From assembly GCA_023248155.1 (NCBI GenBank), contig JAHFFE010000002.1, positions 124,824 to 188,823 on the forward strand: a DNA stretch of 64,000 nt. The letters are read 5' to 3'. This DNA comes from Candidatus Omnitrophota bacterium. GTDB lineage: Bacteria > Omnitrophota > Gorgyraeia > 1-14-0-20-64-10. This document shows positions 37,252 to 46,840 of the stretch, in pieces. Position 1 is the first letter of the stretch. Each line of letters opens with the position of its first letter. The notes beneath the pieces were generated by a model that was not told the DNA's origin, ran no database searches, and saw nothing but the letters and a program-made list of their open reading frames with translations. Made by a program: the position numbers and the translations under genes.

Positions 37252-38949
37252 ATGACGAAGATGAAGGGCGCTCAGATTTTAGTGGAATGTTTAAAGCGCG
37301 AGGGAACCGATGTGGTGTTCGGTTACCCGGGCGGGGCCAACCTGCCGATTTACGACGCGCTGTATGATTCCGGACTCAAGCATGTTTTAGTGCGGCACGA
37401 GCAGGGCGCCGCGCACATGGCCGACGGCTACGCGCGCGCGACCGGCAAGGTCGGCGTCTGCCTGGCCACATCAGGCCCGGGCGCGACGAACCTGGTAACC
37501 GGCATCGCGACGGCGTTCATGGATTCGATCCCGATGGTGGTGATCACGGGACAGGTGCGCAGTTATTTGATCGGCAACGACGCGTTTCAGGAAGCCGATG
37601 TATGCGGCATTACGCGGCCGATCACCAAACATAATTTTCTGGTCAAGAATGTAAACGATCTGGCGCGCACGATTCGCGAGGCGTTCTTGATCGCCGGGAC
37701 CGGCAAGCCGGGCCCCGTGCTGGTCGATATTCCGGTTGATATTTCACAGGCCGAGATTGAGTTTGTCTGGCCTGAGAAGATTGAGATTCGCGGGTACAAG
37801 CCGCAGCGGTTCGTCGAAGGCCATCGCGGCCAGATCGACAAGGCGGCGAAGATGCTGGTCGAGGCGAAAAAGCCGGTGATTTATATCGGCGGCGGCGCGG
37901 TGCTTTCGGAAGCGGCCGCGGAAATCCGCGAGCTGGTTGATTTGGTCGGCGCTCCGGTCACGACGACCTGCATGGCGCTTGGAATTTATCCGGAAGACAA
38001 GCCGTATTCGCTGCGAATGCTCGGTATGCATGGCGCGGCTTATACCAATTACGCGGTGCAGTATTGCGACCTGTTGTTCAACATCGGCGCGCGGTTTGAT
38101 GATCGCGTGACCGGCAAGGTCGAGACTTTTTCGCCGAAGTCGAAGAAGATCCATATCGACATCGATCCGGCGTCGATCGGCAAAAGCGTGGCCGTCGATG
38201 TTCCGATCGTGGGCGATGTGAAAAAAGTGGTCCGCGAACTGATCAAAGAGATTAAGGCGCTCAACGCCAAGCCGGATTACAAGGATTGGTGGGTGCAGAT
38301 TGAAGAGTGGAAGAAAAAGCATCCACTGAACTATGTTCCGTCGCGTAAGGGCGCCAAGATCAAGCCGCAGCATGTGCTTGAGGTGCTCTCGGAGCTGACC
38401 GGCGGTGATTGTCTGATGACGACCGATGTGGGCCAGCACCAGATGTGGGCCTGTCAGTTTTATCGCTGGACGCAGCCGCGCACCTACATCACGTCGGGCG
38501 GGCTCGGCACGATGGGCTACGGCCTTCCGGCGGCGATCGGCGCGCAGATGGGCAAGCCGAAGGAACTGGTGATCTGCCTATCGGGCGATGGTTCGTTCGT
38601 GATGAACATTCAGGAATTGGCGACGGCGGTCGATCAGAAACTGCCGATCAAGACGATCATCCTGAACAACGCGAACCTGGGCATGGTGCGCCAGTGGCAG
38701 GACATGTTCTACAACAAACGGTTTTCGTACAGCGGCATCCGTCCGCCGGACTTTGCGAAAGTGGCCGAAGGATTCGGCGCCAAAGGCATCACGATCACGA
38801 AGCCGGAAGATTTGAAGCCGATCCTGGAGAAGATACTCAAGGACGAATTTTGCTGGGTGGTCGACTGCATTTGCGACGAGGATGAGAAAGTGTTCCCGAT
38901 CATTCCTCCGGGCAAGGCGATCGACGAAATGATCATGGACATGGCATAA
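37252..38949 (+). CDS. ilvB: Acetolactate synthase large subunit
   Basis: FGYPGGA, RHEQGA, TSGPGATN, GMHG, RFDDRVTG, DVGQHQMW, GDGSF..N, GMVRQWQ. Confidence 0.97.
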   Translation: MTKMKGAQILVECLKREGTDVVFGYPGGANLPIYDALYDSGLKHVLVRHEQGAAHMADGYARATGKVGVCLATSGPGATNLVTGIATAFMDSIPMVVITGQVRSYLIGNDAFQEADVCGITRPITKHNFLVKNVNDLARTIREAFLIAGTGKPGPVLVDIPVDISQAEIEFVWPEKIEIRGYKPQRFVEGHRGQIDKAAKMLVEAKKPVIYIGGGAVLSEAAAEIRELVDLVGAPVTTTCMALGIYPEDKPYSLRMLGMHGAAYTNYAVQYCDLLFNIGARFDDRVTGKVETFSPKSKKIHIDIDPASIGKSVAVDVPIVGDVKKVVRELIKEIKALNAKPDYKDWWVQIEEWKKKHPLNYVPSRKGAKIKPQHVLEVLSELTGGDCLMTTDVGQHQMWACQFYRWTQPRTYITSGGLGTMGYGLPAAIGAQMGKPKELVICLSGDGSFVMNIQELATAVDQKLPIKTIILNNANLGMVRQWQDMFYNKRFSYSGIRPPDFAKVAEGFGAKGITITKPEDLKPILEKILKDEFCWVVDCICDEDEKVFPIIPPGKAIDEMIMDMA

Positions 38950-38950
38950 C

Positions 38951-39442
38951 ATGGCAAAACATATCATTTCAGTACTCGTGGAAAATAAGTTTGGCGTGCT
39001 GGCGCGCGTGGCGTCATTGATCGCCGGGCGCGCGTTCAACATCGATTCGCTGGCTGTGGGTGAGACGGAAGATCCGACGGCGTCGCGCATGACGATCGTG
39101 TTTGACGGCGACGAGAAAACAATCGAACAGATCAAGAAACAGTTGAATCGTCTGATCGATGTGATCTCGACGCAGGATCTGACCAAAGAAGAGCATCTGG
39201 ACCGCGAGTTGATCATGGTCAAGATTTCGGTCAGTCCGAAGACGCGGCCCGAAGTGGTGGAAATCGCTGAAACGCTCAAGGCGGAAGTGGCCGATGTCGG
39301 CGTAAAAACGCTGACGCTGCTGCTCGTCGGGGATCAGGCGAAAATCAAGACTTTGCTGGAACTGGTGAAACCTTACGGCGTTAAGGAGATCGTCCGGACC
39401 GGACGGATTGCCCTGACGCGCGATATCGCGGGAGGAGTATAA
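38951..39442 (+). CDS. ilvN: Acetolactate synthase small subunit
   Basis: [39 protein letters not shown]. Confidence 0.96.
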   Translation: MAKHIISVLVENKFGVLARVASLIAGRAFNIDSLAVGETEDPTASRMTIVFDGDEKTIEQIKKQLNRLIDVISTQDLTKEEHLDRELIMVKISVSPKTRPEVVEIAETLKAEVADVGVKTLTLLLVGDQAKIKTLLELVKPYGVKEIVRTGRIALTRDIAGGV

Positions 39443-39443
39443 C

Positions 39444-40514
39444 ATGGCGAAAATTTATTACGACAATGATGCGGATTTAAACACACTCAAGGGCAAGCGG
39501 ATCGCGATCCTCGGATACGGAATCCAGGGCCGCGGCCATGCGCTGAACTTGCGCGATTCAGGTCTCGATGTCGTGGTCGCGCAGCGGCCGGGCGGCGTGC
39601 ATTATGACGAGGCCGTCGAGGACGGTTTTCAGCCGACCTCCGTCGCCGAAGCCTGCGCGCAGGCGCAGATCATCATGGTGCTGCTGCAGGATACGCTGCA
39701 GCCCGAAATTTACCGCACGGCGATCCTGCCCCATTTGAAGAAGGGCAAGGCGCTGGCATTCGCGCATGGATTCAATATTCATTTTCATCAGATCGAGCCG
39801 CCGAAGGAGATCGATGTTTTCCTGATCGCTCCGAAGGGGCCGGGCGCGTTGGTGCGCCAGCTCTATCAGCAGGGCGGTGGGGTTCCGGCGCTCGTGGCCG
39901 TTTATCAGGATGCCTCCGGCAGCGCCAAGAAAATCGCGCTGGCCTATGCCAAGGGAATCGGCGCGGCGCGCGCCGGCGTTCTGGAAACGACGTTTGCCGA
40001 GGAAACCGAGACCGACTTGTTCGGTGAGCAGGCCGTGTTGTGCGGCGGCGCCGAGCAGCTGATCAAGGCCGGGTTCGAAACGCTGGTCGAGAAGGGGTAT
40101 CAGCCTGAGGTGGCTTATTTCGAGTGTCTGCACGAGCTGAAGCTGATCGTCGACCTGGTTTATTCGAAGGGAATCCAGGGCATGTGGTCGCGCGTGTCGG
40201 AAACGGCGCGGTACGGCGGCATCACGCGCGGCGACCGGATCATCACCGGTGAAACGCGGGCCGAGATGCGCCGCATTTTAGCCGAGATCCAGAACGGCCA
40301 GTTCGCGAAGGAATGGATTACCGAGTGCCAGGCGGGCCGCCCGGTGTTCAAGGCGTTGTTGGCGCAGCGTGACCGGCATTTGATTGAGCTGGTCGGCGCG
40401 AAGTTGCGCGCGATGATGCCGTGGATCACCAAGCAGGATGCCCAAAAACCGACGGCTATTCAGACGAAAGCCCCGGTCAAAACAAATTCAAAGAAGGTAG
40501 CCAGCAAACGATGA
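39444..40514 (+). CDS. ilvC: Ketol-acid reductoisomerase
   Basis: [43 protein letters not shown]. Confidence 0.97.
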   Translation: MAKIYYDNDADLNTLKGKRIAILGYGIQGRGHALNLRDSGLDVVVAQRPGGVHYDEAVEDGFQPTSVAEACAQAQIIMVLLQDTLQPEIYRTAILPHLKKGKALAFAHGFNIHFHQIEPPKEIDVFLIAPKGPGALVRQLYQQGGGVPALVAVYQDASGSAKKIALAYAKGIGAARAGVLETTFAEETETDLFGEQAVLCGGAEQLIKAGFETLVEKGYQPEVAYFECLHELKLIVDLVYSKGIQGMWSRVSETARYGGITRGDRIITGETRAEMRRILAEIQNGQFAKEWITECQAGRPVFKALLAQRDRHLIELVGAKLRAMMPWITKQDAQKPTAIQTKAPVKTNSKKVASKR

Positions 40515-42049
40515 GCAAAAAAATTATTATATTCGACACCACGCTGCGTGACGGAGAGCAATGCCCCGGTGCGTCTTTAAATCCTACGCAAAAGCTGGAA
40601 GTGGCATTGCAGCTGGAGCGGTTGAATGTGGATGTGATCGAAGCCGGATTCGCGGTTTCATCGCCCGGTGATTTCGAAGGCGTCAACCGGATCGCGAAAG
40701 CGATTAAGAAGCCGATTGTGATCGCCAGCCTCTCGCGCGCGATGCCGAAAGATATTGAAGCATCCGCGAAGGCGCTCAAGCCGGCCAAGCGAAAACGGAT
40801 CCACACCTTCGTGGCGACTTCCGAGATCCATATGAAGTACAAACTGCGCAAGGCCGAGGATGAAATCATCCGGATCGCCGAGGATGCGGTCAAGCTGGCG
40901 CGGAAATATACCGATGATGTCGAATTTTCGTCGGAAGATGCGGCGCGCAGCAAGCCCGAATTTCTCTACCGCGTCATTGAAGCGGCGATTCGCGCCGGCG
41001 CGACCACCGTGAATATTCCGGACACGGTCGGCTGGGCGATTCCGAGCCAGTTCGGGTCTCTGATTCGCGGCATTCGCGAGAATGTTCCGAATATCGACAA
41101 AGCGGTCATTTCGGTTCATTGCCACAACGACCTGGGTCTGGCCACGGCCAACAGCCTGGCCGCCGTCGCCAACGGCGCGGGACAGGTGGAATGCACGATT
41201 AATGGTATGGGCGAGCGCGCCGGCAATGCCAGCCTCGAAGAAGTGGTGATGGCGCTGAAAGTGCGCAAAGATCTGTTCGGTGCCGAGGTCGGCGTCGACA
41301 CGCGTGAAATTTACAAATCCAGCAGGCTGGTTTCGAAGCTGACCGGGTTTGTCGTGCAGCCGAACAAGGCGATCGTCGGCAGCAACGCGTTCGCGCATGA
41401 GTCGGGCATCCATCAGGACGGCGTGCTGAAGTACCGCAAGACCTACGAGATCATGCATCCGAAAGAAGTCGGTTACGGCGAATCGAAGCTGGTCATGGGC
41501 AAGCACTCGGGGCGGCATGCGCTCAACGAGCGGCTCAAGGCGCTCGGGTTCAAGCTGGCCGATGAGGCGGCGCTCGTGGCGGCCTATGACAAATTCAAGG
41601 TGCTGGCCGACAAGAAAAAAGAATTGTTCGACGATGATTTGATCGCGATGATGGAAGACGATGCCGTTGCTTCTTCGAAGAAATATTCGCTCGAGTATCT
41701 GCATGTGAGCAGTGGAACCGGCGTTATCCCGACGGCCACGGTGCGCCTGAAAACGCCCGATGGAAAGGTCGTGCAGGGCGCTTCCAGCGGCGATGGGCCG
41801 GTGGATGCCTGCTTCAACGCGGTCGACCAGCTGATTCCGTTTAAAGGGAAACTGCAGGATTACATCATCCAGTCGGTCACTTCCGGCAAAGATGCGCTGG
41901 GCGAGGTCAAGGTGCGATTGGAATTGAAGGGGCGCGTCGAAACCGGCAATGCCGCTTCAACCGACATCATCGAGGCGTCAACGAAAGCTTATCTGAACGC
42001 GATTAACCGGCTTCTGTTTTTTAAGGGTGGGAACCGGACTCGTCCGTAA
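40511..42049 (+). CDS. leuA: 2-isopropylmalate synthase
   Basis: [37 protein letters not shown], regulatory domain GDGPVDA. Start at ATG 40511. Confidence 0.95.
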   Translation: MSKKIIIFDTTLRDGEQCPGASLNPTQKLEVALQLERLNVDVIEAGFAVSSPGDFEGVNRIAKAIKKPIVIASLSRAMPKDIEASAKALKPAKRKRIHTFVATSEIHMKYKLRKAEDEIIRIAEDAVKLARKYTDDVEFSSEDAARSKPEFLYRVIEAAIRAGATTVNIPDTVGWAIPSQFGSLIRGIRENVPNIDKAVISVHCHNDLGLATANSLAAVANGAGQVECTINGMGERAGNASLEEVVMALKVRKDLFGAEVGVDTREIYKSSRLVSKLTGFVVQPNKAIVGSNAFAHESGIHQDGVLKYRKTYEIMHPKEVGYGESKLVMGKHSGRHALNERLKALGFKLADEAALVAAYDKFKVLADKKKELFDDDLIAMMEDDAVASSKKYSLEYLHVSSGTGVIPTATVRLKTPDGKVVQGASSGDGPVDACFNAVDQLIPFKGKLQDYIIQSVTSGKDALGEVKVRLELKGRVETGNAASTDIIEASTKAYLNAINRLLFFKGGNRTRP

Positions 42050-42081
42050 CAAGCGTTTTTCTGGAAATTGATAGCAGACCA

Positions 42082-42118
42082 GGACGGGGCCACAAGTTGT
42101 GTGGCCCCGTTCATTCTT
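42082..42118 (+). terminator. Rho-independent terminator-like hairpin after leuA
   Basis: ACGGGGCCACA-agttg-TGTGGCCCCGT perfect 11-bp stem followed by TCATTCTT. Confidence 0.7.
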
Positions 42119-42129
42119 AAAACAATACA

Positions 42130-43041
42130 ATGACCGAAAAAAAATTCTGGAAATTGGGGATAATCGGCTGGCCTCTCGGCTACTCGCTTTCGCCGGTGAT
42201 GCATCATGCCGCGTTGAAGGCCAGCGGACTGCAGGGCGAATATCTGGAGTATAAGGTAAAGCCCGAAGATCTCGAGAACTGGCTCTTGACGGTTGCACCC
42301 ACACTGGACGGTTTTAATGTGACGATGCCGTACAAAGAAGGGCTCTATCTCTGGATGCAGGACACGAGCGAATCCCGAAAAGCGGTTCTTTCACAGGTAG
42401 CCGCGCAGATGCGCGCCGTCAATACGGTGGTTGTTCGCGACGGCGGTTTTGCAGGGGATAACACCGACGGCATCGGCTTCGTGAATTCACTGAATGAAAA
42501 AATTCCGGCCGGTTTTGACGACAAGAAAGTTTTGGTTTTTGGCGCCGGCGGCGCGGCGCGCGCCGTGATTTGGGCGCTGTTGACCAAGCATTCCGGGAAA
42601 CGGATGCGGATCTATCTGTACAACCGCGATGCAAAAAAAGCGGCCGATCTCTGCGCGCAGATGACGGCTGCAAAGCCGGCCGAATGCCATTCTGAAATTC
42701 AGGTTTGTTCGAATGAAGAAAGAAACGAGGCGCTGCAATTTGATCTGATCGTTAATACGACGCCGGTCGGCATGAACCCGGGCGAGGGGCCGTTATTTGA
42801 CTATGGCCAGCTGCGGCCCGGACAAATTGTCTATGACATTGTTTATAAACCGAAAGAAACGCCGCTGGTTCAGGCCGCGAATTCCCGCGCCTGCATTGTG
42901 ATTACCGGTGATGAAATGCTGGCAGGCCAGGGGGCCGCGGCGTTTGAGCTCTGGACCGGAGTGCCGGCCGCCAAGACATTGCCGGTGATGAAGAAAGCGC
43001 TGGATGAGCATTTCGCGCATCGCGAAAAGGCCCAGGCGTGA
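42130..43041 (+). CDS. aroE: Shikimate dehydrogenase
   Basis: SLSPVMH, NVTMPYK, AVNT, NTDG, GAGGAA, NTTPVGM, DIVYKP. Confidence 0.95.
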   Translation: MTEKKFWKLGIIGWPLGYSLSPVMHHAALKASGLQGEYLEYKVKPEDLENWLLTVAPTLDGFNVTMPYKEGLYLWMQDTSESRKAVLSQVAAQMRAVNTVVVRDGGFAGDNTDGIGFVNSLNEKIPAGFDDKKVLVFGAGGAARAVIWALLTKHSGKRMRIYLYNRDAKKAADLCAQMTAAKPAECHSEIQVCSNEERNEALQFDLIVNTTPVGMNPGEGPLFDYGQLRPGQIVYDIVYKPKETPLVQAANSRACIVITGDEMLAGQGAAAFELWTGVPAAKTLPVMKKALDEHFAHREKAQA

Positions 43042-43838
43042 TAATGGATCAAGGGCTTGTCTTCAGCTTGGTGTTTGTTTTCGGATTACTGTTCGGATCG
43101 TTTCTCAATGTTTGTATTCGCCGGATTCCGGCGGAAGAACAGATTTGGGCCGGGCGGTCGCATTGCCGCTCCTGTAAAAAGATGATCGGCTGGACTGATA
43201 ATATTCCGGTAATCAGTTTTTGTGTATTAAAGGCGCGCTGCCGGCATTGCAAGGCGCGCATCGGGTGGAGTTATCCGCTGGTGGAACTGGCGACCGGCAT
43301 TTTGTTTGTGGCCTGCGTCGCGCGGTTCGGGCAGACGCCGCTGGCTGTTGTGTATGCGCTGCTGGGCGCGGCGCTGATCGTTCTGACGGTCATTGATTTT
43401 CATGAAATGTTTTTGCCCGACGAAATTACACTGCCGGGTATTTCGATCGGCGTGATTGTCAGTTTTTTTCTGCCGCAGCTGCATGGGGCCGCTACGCCGT
43501 GGGCCGGGCTCTGGGCCGCTGTCGCAGGCGCGTTGGTCGGTTCCGGTATTTTAACGGTGATTCGCTGGCTGGGCGGGCTGGCGTTTAAGCGCGAAGCGAT
43601 GGGCCTGGGCGATTTAAAGCTGATGGCGATGGTGGGCGCGTTCATCGGCGTTTATAAGGCGGGGTTGGTCGATTTTTTTCTGGCGCCGATTCTTGGCGCT
43701 TTGATCGGTTTGGCTTTAAAATTAAGGGATGGGCGCGAAGAGATTCCGTTCGGGCCGTTTTTGGCGGCCGGAACGCTGATTGCCATTTTTTGGGGCGACG
43801 CGATTTTAAACTGGTACGCGCATTGGTTATTCGGATAG
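43038..43838 (+). CDS. pilD: Type IV prepilin peptidase
   Basis: GSFLNVCIRRIP, SHCRSC...CRHC, IDFHEMFLPD, MGLGDLKL, IPFGPFL. Confidence 0.94.
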   Translation: MIMDQGLVFSLVFVFGLLFGSFLNVCIRRIPAEEQIWAGRSHCRSCKKMIGWTDNIPVISFCVLKARCRHCKARIGWSYPLVELATGILFVACVARFGQTPLAVVYALLGAALIVLTVIDFHEMFLPDEITLPGISIGVIVSFFLPQLHGAATPWAGLWAAVAGALVGSGILTVIRWLGGLAFKREAMGLGDLKLMAMVGAFIGVYKAGLVDFFLAPILGALIGLALKLRDGREEIPFGPFLAAGTLIAIFWGDAILNWYAHWLFG

Positions 43839-43866
43839 AACCGGTCCCCTAAAAAAGGAGGGAAAA

Positions 43867-44994
43867 ATGCTTCGGTATTTGACCGCGGGAGAATCACACG
43901 GACTTTGTCTGACAGCCATCGTCGAAGGGATGCCGGCCGGCCTGACGATTAATCAGGCGGCGATCGATTTGGAACTGAAACGCCGCCAGCTCGGCTACGG
44001 CCGCGGCGCGCGCATGACCTCGATTGAAACCGACAAAGTGAATTTTTTGTCGGGCGTCCGTGCCGGAAAAACGATGGGTTCTCCTCTGACGCTGCAGGTG
44101 CTCAACAAAGATACTTCCATCGACAAACTGCCGAAGGTGACCCGTCCTCGTCCCGGCCATGCCGATCTCTCCGGTGTTTTGAAATATGATCTCGATGATG
44201 TGCGCACCATTCTGGAGCGCGCTTCCGCGCGTGAAACGGCCGCGCGCGTGGCCGTCGGCGCGTTGATGAAACTGTTCCTGAAAGAGTTCGGCATCGAGGT
44301 TTTCAGCCATGTGACCAAGATGGGCGACGGTGTGGCAAAGACCGATACGCTGTCGTTCGACCAGATCCGCAAGAAGGCCGAGGTTTCTCCGCTGCGCTGC
44401 GCCGATATGAAGGCCGAAGCGAAAATGATCCGCTTCATCGACAAAGCCAAGAAAGCGGGCGATACCGTCGGCGGCAGCATTGAAATCGTGGCGCTGAATG
44501 TTCCGGTCGGCCTGGGTTCGCATGTGCAGTTTGACCGAAAACTGGACGCAAAACTGGCGATGCAGCTCATGTCGATCCAGGCGATCAAGGCTGTTGAGAT
44601 CGGCGCCGGAACGAAAGTGGCCGAACTGCTCGGATCACAGCTGCACGATCAGATTTTCTATTCGAAACAAAAAGGATTTTTCCGTAAAACGCACCGCGCC
44701 GGCGGCATCGAGGGCGGTATGTCGGTCGGCGGGCCCGTCGTGGTCCGGATCCATATGAAGCCGTTGTCCACGCTGCGCCGGCCGATGATGAGCGTCGACA
44801 TCAAGAACAAACAGTCATTCAAGGCGACTGTGGAACGGTCCGATGTCAGTGCCGTGCCGGCCGCCGGTATCGTGGGCGAATCGGTCATGGCGTTTGTGCT
44901 GGCCGATGCGCTGATCGAGAAGTTCGGCGGAGACAGCGTGGCTGAGATCAAACGCAATTACCAAGGATACCTGCGGCAGGTTGCCCAATTCTAA
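43867..44994 (+). CDS. aroC: Chorismate synthase
   Basis: TAGESHG, RPGHADL, ERASARETA, GGIEGGMS, ERSD. Confidence 0.97.
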   Translation: MLRYLTAGESHGLCLTAIVEGMPAGLTINQAAIDLELKRRQLGYGRGARMTSIETDKVNFLSGVRAGKTMGSPLTLQVLNKDTSIDKLPKVTRPRPGHADLSGVLKYDLDDVRTILERASARETAARVAVGALMKLFLKEFGIEVFSHVTKMGDGVAKTDTLSFDQIRKKAEVSPLRCADMKAEAKMIRFIDKAKKAGDTVGGSIEIVALNVPVGLGSHVQFDRKLDAKLAMQLMSIQAIKAVEIGAGTKVAELLGSQLHDQIFYSKQKGFFRKTHRAGGIEGGMSVGGPVVVRIHMKPLSTLRRPMMSVDIKNKQSFKATVERSDVSAVPAAGIVGESVMAFVLADALIEKFGGDSVAEIKRNYQGYLRQVAQF

Positions 44995-44996
44995 AA

Positions 44997-45506
44997 GTGG
45001 ACAGTATTATTCTAGTCGGGTTCATGGGAACGGGTAAATCAACGGTCGGCAAATTGCTTGCCGATAAGTTGAAGCGGCCGTTTATTGACCTGGACCGAAT
45101 GATCGAGAAAAGCGCGGGCAGCACCGTCGCCCAGATTTTTTCGGAGCAGGGTGAAGGGAAATTCCGTCAGCTCGAAACAGAGGCGGTTCGCAAGGCGGTC
45201 AAAAAACCGGGTGTTGTGATTGCGACGGGCGGCGGTGTTTTATTGAAGGAAGAAAATCTTCGGTTGCTGAAAGGCGCCGGAACGTTGGTCTGTCTGACGG
45301 CCGGCGTCGATCAAATCATGCGCCGGATCGGAGCAGGGCGCGGCCGCAGGCCTTTGCTGGCCGGCGAAGATCCGCGCCGCCGCGTCGAGGACTTGCTGGC
45401 CCAGCGCGCACCTTATTACGCACAGGCCAATTGCACCATCTCGACGGACGGTCTTACGGCCAAACAGGCGGCAGAAAAAATAAAGAAAGAATTGAATTTG
45501 TCATGA
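44997..45506 (+). CDS. aroK: Shikimate kinase
   Basis: GFMGTGKST, DLD, GEGKFRQLE, ATGGG, RPLL. Confidence 0.95.
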   Translation: MDSIILVGFMGTGKSTVGKLLADKLKRPFIDLDRMIEKSAGSTVAQIFSEQGEGKFRQLETEAVRKAVKKPGVVIATGGGVLLKEENLRLLKGAGTLVCLTAGVDQIMRRIGAGRGRRPLLAGEDPRRRVEDLLAQRAPYYAQANCTISTDGLTAKQAAEKIKKELNLS

Positions 45507-46630
45507 TGACTGAACGGGAAGCGCTTCTGCGACTGACATTGGCACGGGGAATCGGATCCGTTGCGATCAGCCGTTTGCGCGAAGTTTTTCCAAATCTGCC
45601 AGAAGTATTCGCTGCGTCGGAAGAGGCGCTGAGACCGGTACTGACTCCCGCGCGCGCCGCGGAATTTGTCCGGCAAAGAAATTCGGGAGAACTCAACGCT
45701 CTCTATGAACAAGAGCTGCGTCTGACTGACCAACAGAATGTGCGCTGGCTGACCGTCGACGATGCCGATTATCCGGCGCTGTTAAAGCAGATGATCAATC
45801 CGCCGGCGGCGCTCTATGTTCGAGGATCGTTGTTGGTTGAAGATGAAGCGGCCGTCGCGATGGTCGGAACGCGCCGGGCGACGCCGTATGGATTATCGAC
45901 GGCAGGACAGTTTGCCAAAGCGTTGTCGCGAGCCGGTATTACGGTGGTTTCAGGATTGGCCGAAGGGATTGACCGGGCCGCGCATGAAGGCGCGCTGGAA
46001 GCCGGCGGCCGGACGATCGCCGTGGTGGGCCATGGTCTCTCGATGATTTATCCGCCGCATCACCGGGGTCTGGCTGAAAAAATTGCACAACAGGGAGCCA
46101 TCGTTTCTGAATTTCCGATGGGAATTGAACCGGAAGCAGGAAATTTTCCGCGCCGCAATCGTGTGATTGCCGGATTAAGTCTAGGAACTTTAGTCGTGGA
46201 AGCCCCGTCGCGCAGCGGCGCGTTGATTACCGCGCGTGAAGCGGGCGAAATCGGCCGGGCCGTTTTTGCGATCCCGGGGCCGGTGTCATCGCCGCAGTCG
46301 CAGGGATCGTTTGCATTGCTGAAAGATGGCGCGAAATTAGTAACGACCGTTGGTGATATTTTTGAGGAGTTGGCCCCGGCCTTAAAAGACCGGATCGCGC
46401 AATGGAGTGGCGATCTGACGGCTGAAGCCAGAGTTCCGTTGAAAGAAGCGCTGGCTCCAGAAGAAGCGGCGATTATAAAATTTATTCCGGTCGGAAGTCC
46501 GGTCAATCTGGAACAGCTGGCCGCGCAAATTCAAATACCGGCATCCGATCTATTGTCGTCACTGACGGAACTGGAATTGAGAGGCGTAGTGCGGCAGATG
46601 CCGGGCCATGGGTTCAGCCGGACGGCATAA
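45503..46630 (+). CDS. dprA: DNA-processing protein DprA
   Basis: YPALL, VGTRRATPYG, VSGLAEGID, FPRRNRVIAG, SGALITA, C-terminal winged helix. Start ATG 45503. Confidence 0.95.
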   Translation: MMTEREALLRLTLARGIGSVAISRLREVFPNLPEVFAASEEALRPVLTPARAAEFVRQRNSGELNALYEQELRLTDQQNVRWLTVDDADYPALLKQMINPPAALYVRGSLLVEDEAAVAMVGTRRATPYGLSTAGQFAKALSRAGITVVSGLAEGIDRAAHEGALEAGGRTIAVVGHGLSMIYPPHHRGLAEKIAQQGAIVSEFPMGIEPEAGNFPRRNRVIAGLSLGTLVVEAPSRSGALITAREAGEIGRAVFAIPGPVSSPQSQGSFALLKDGAKLVTTVGDIFEELAPALKDRIAQWSGDLTAEARVPLKEALAPEEAAIIKFIPVGSPVNLEQLAAQIQIPASDLLSSLTELELRGVVRQMPGHGFSRTA

Positions 46631-46632
46631 CA

Positions 46633-46836
46633 ATGCGCGTGACCGTCAACGGCGATCCGATGGAATTGAACGAAGGGACGACGCTGACCGATTTGCTCGT
46701 GCAGGTCCAGCTGAAACCGGAACTGGTGGTCATTGAATACAATCTGACCATTTTGCGCCGGGATGAACTTGCGGGTACCGTATTAAAGGAAGGCGATCAG
46801 GTCGAGATCGTTCATTTCGTGGGAGGAGGAGTTTAA
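46633..46836 (+). CDS. thiS: Sulfur carrier protein ThiS
   Basis: MRVTVNG...LKEGDQVEIVHFVGGG(V), a ubiquitin-like C-terminus. Confidence 0.88.
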   Translation: MRVTVNGDPMELNEGTTLTDLLVQVQLKPELVVIEYNLTILRRDELAGTVLKEGDQVEIVHFVGGGV

Positions 46837-46840
46837 GCCG

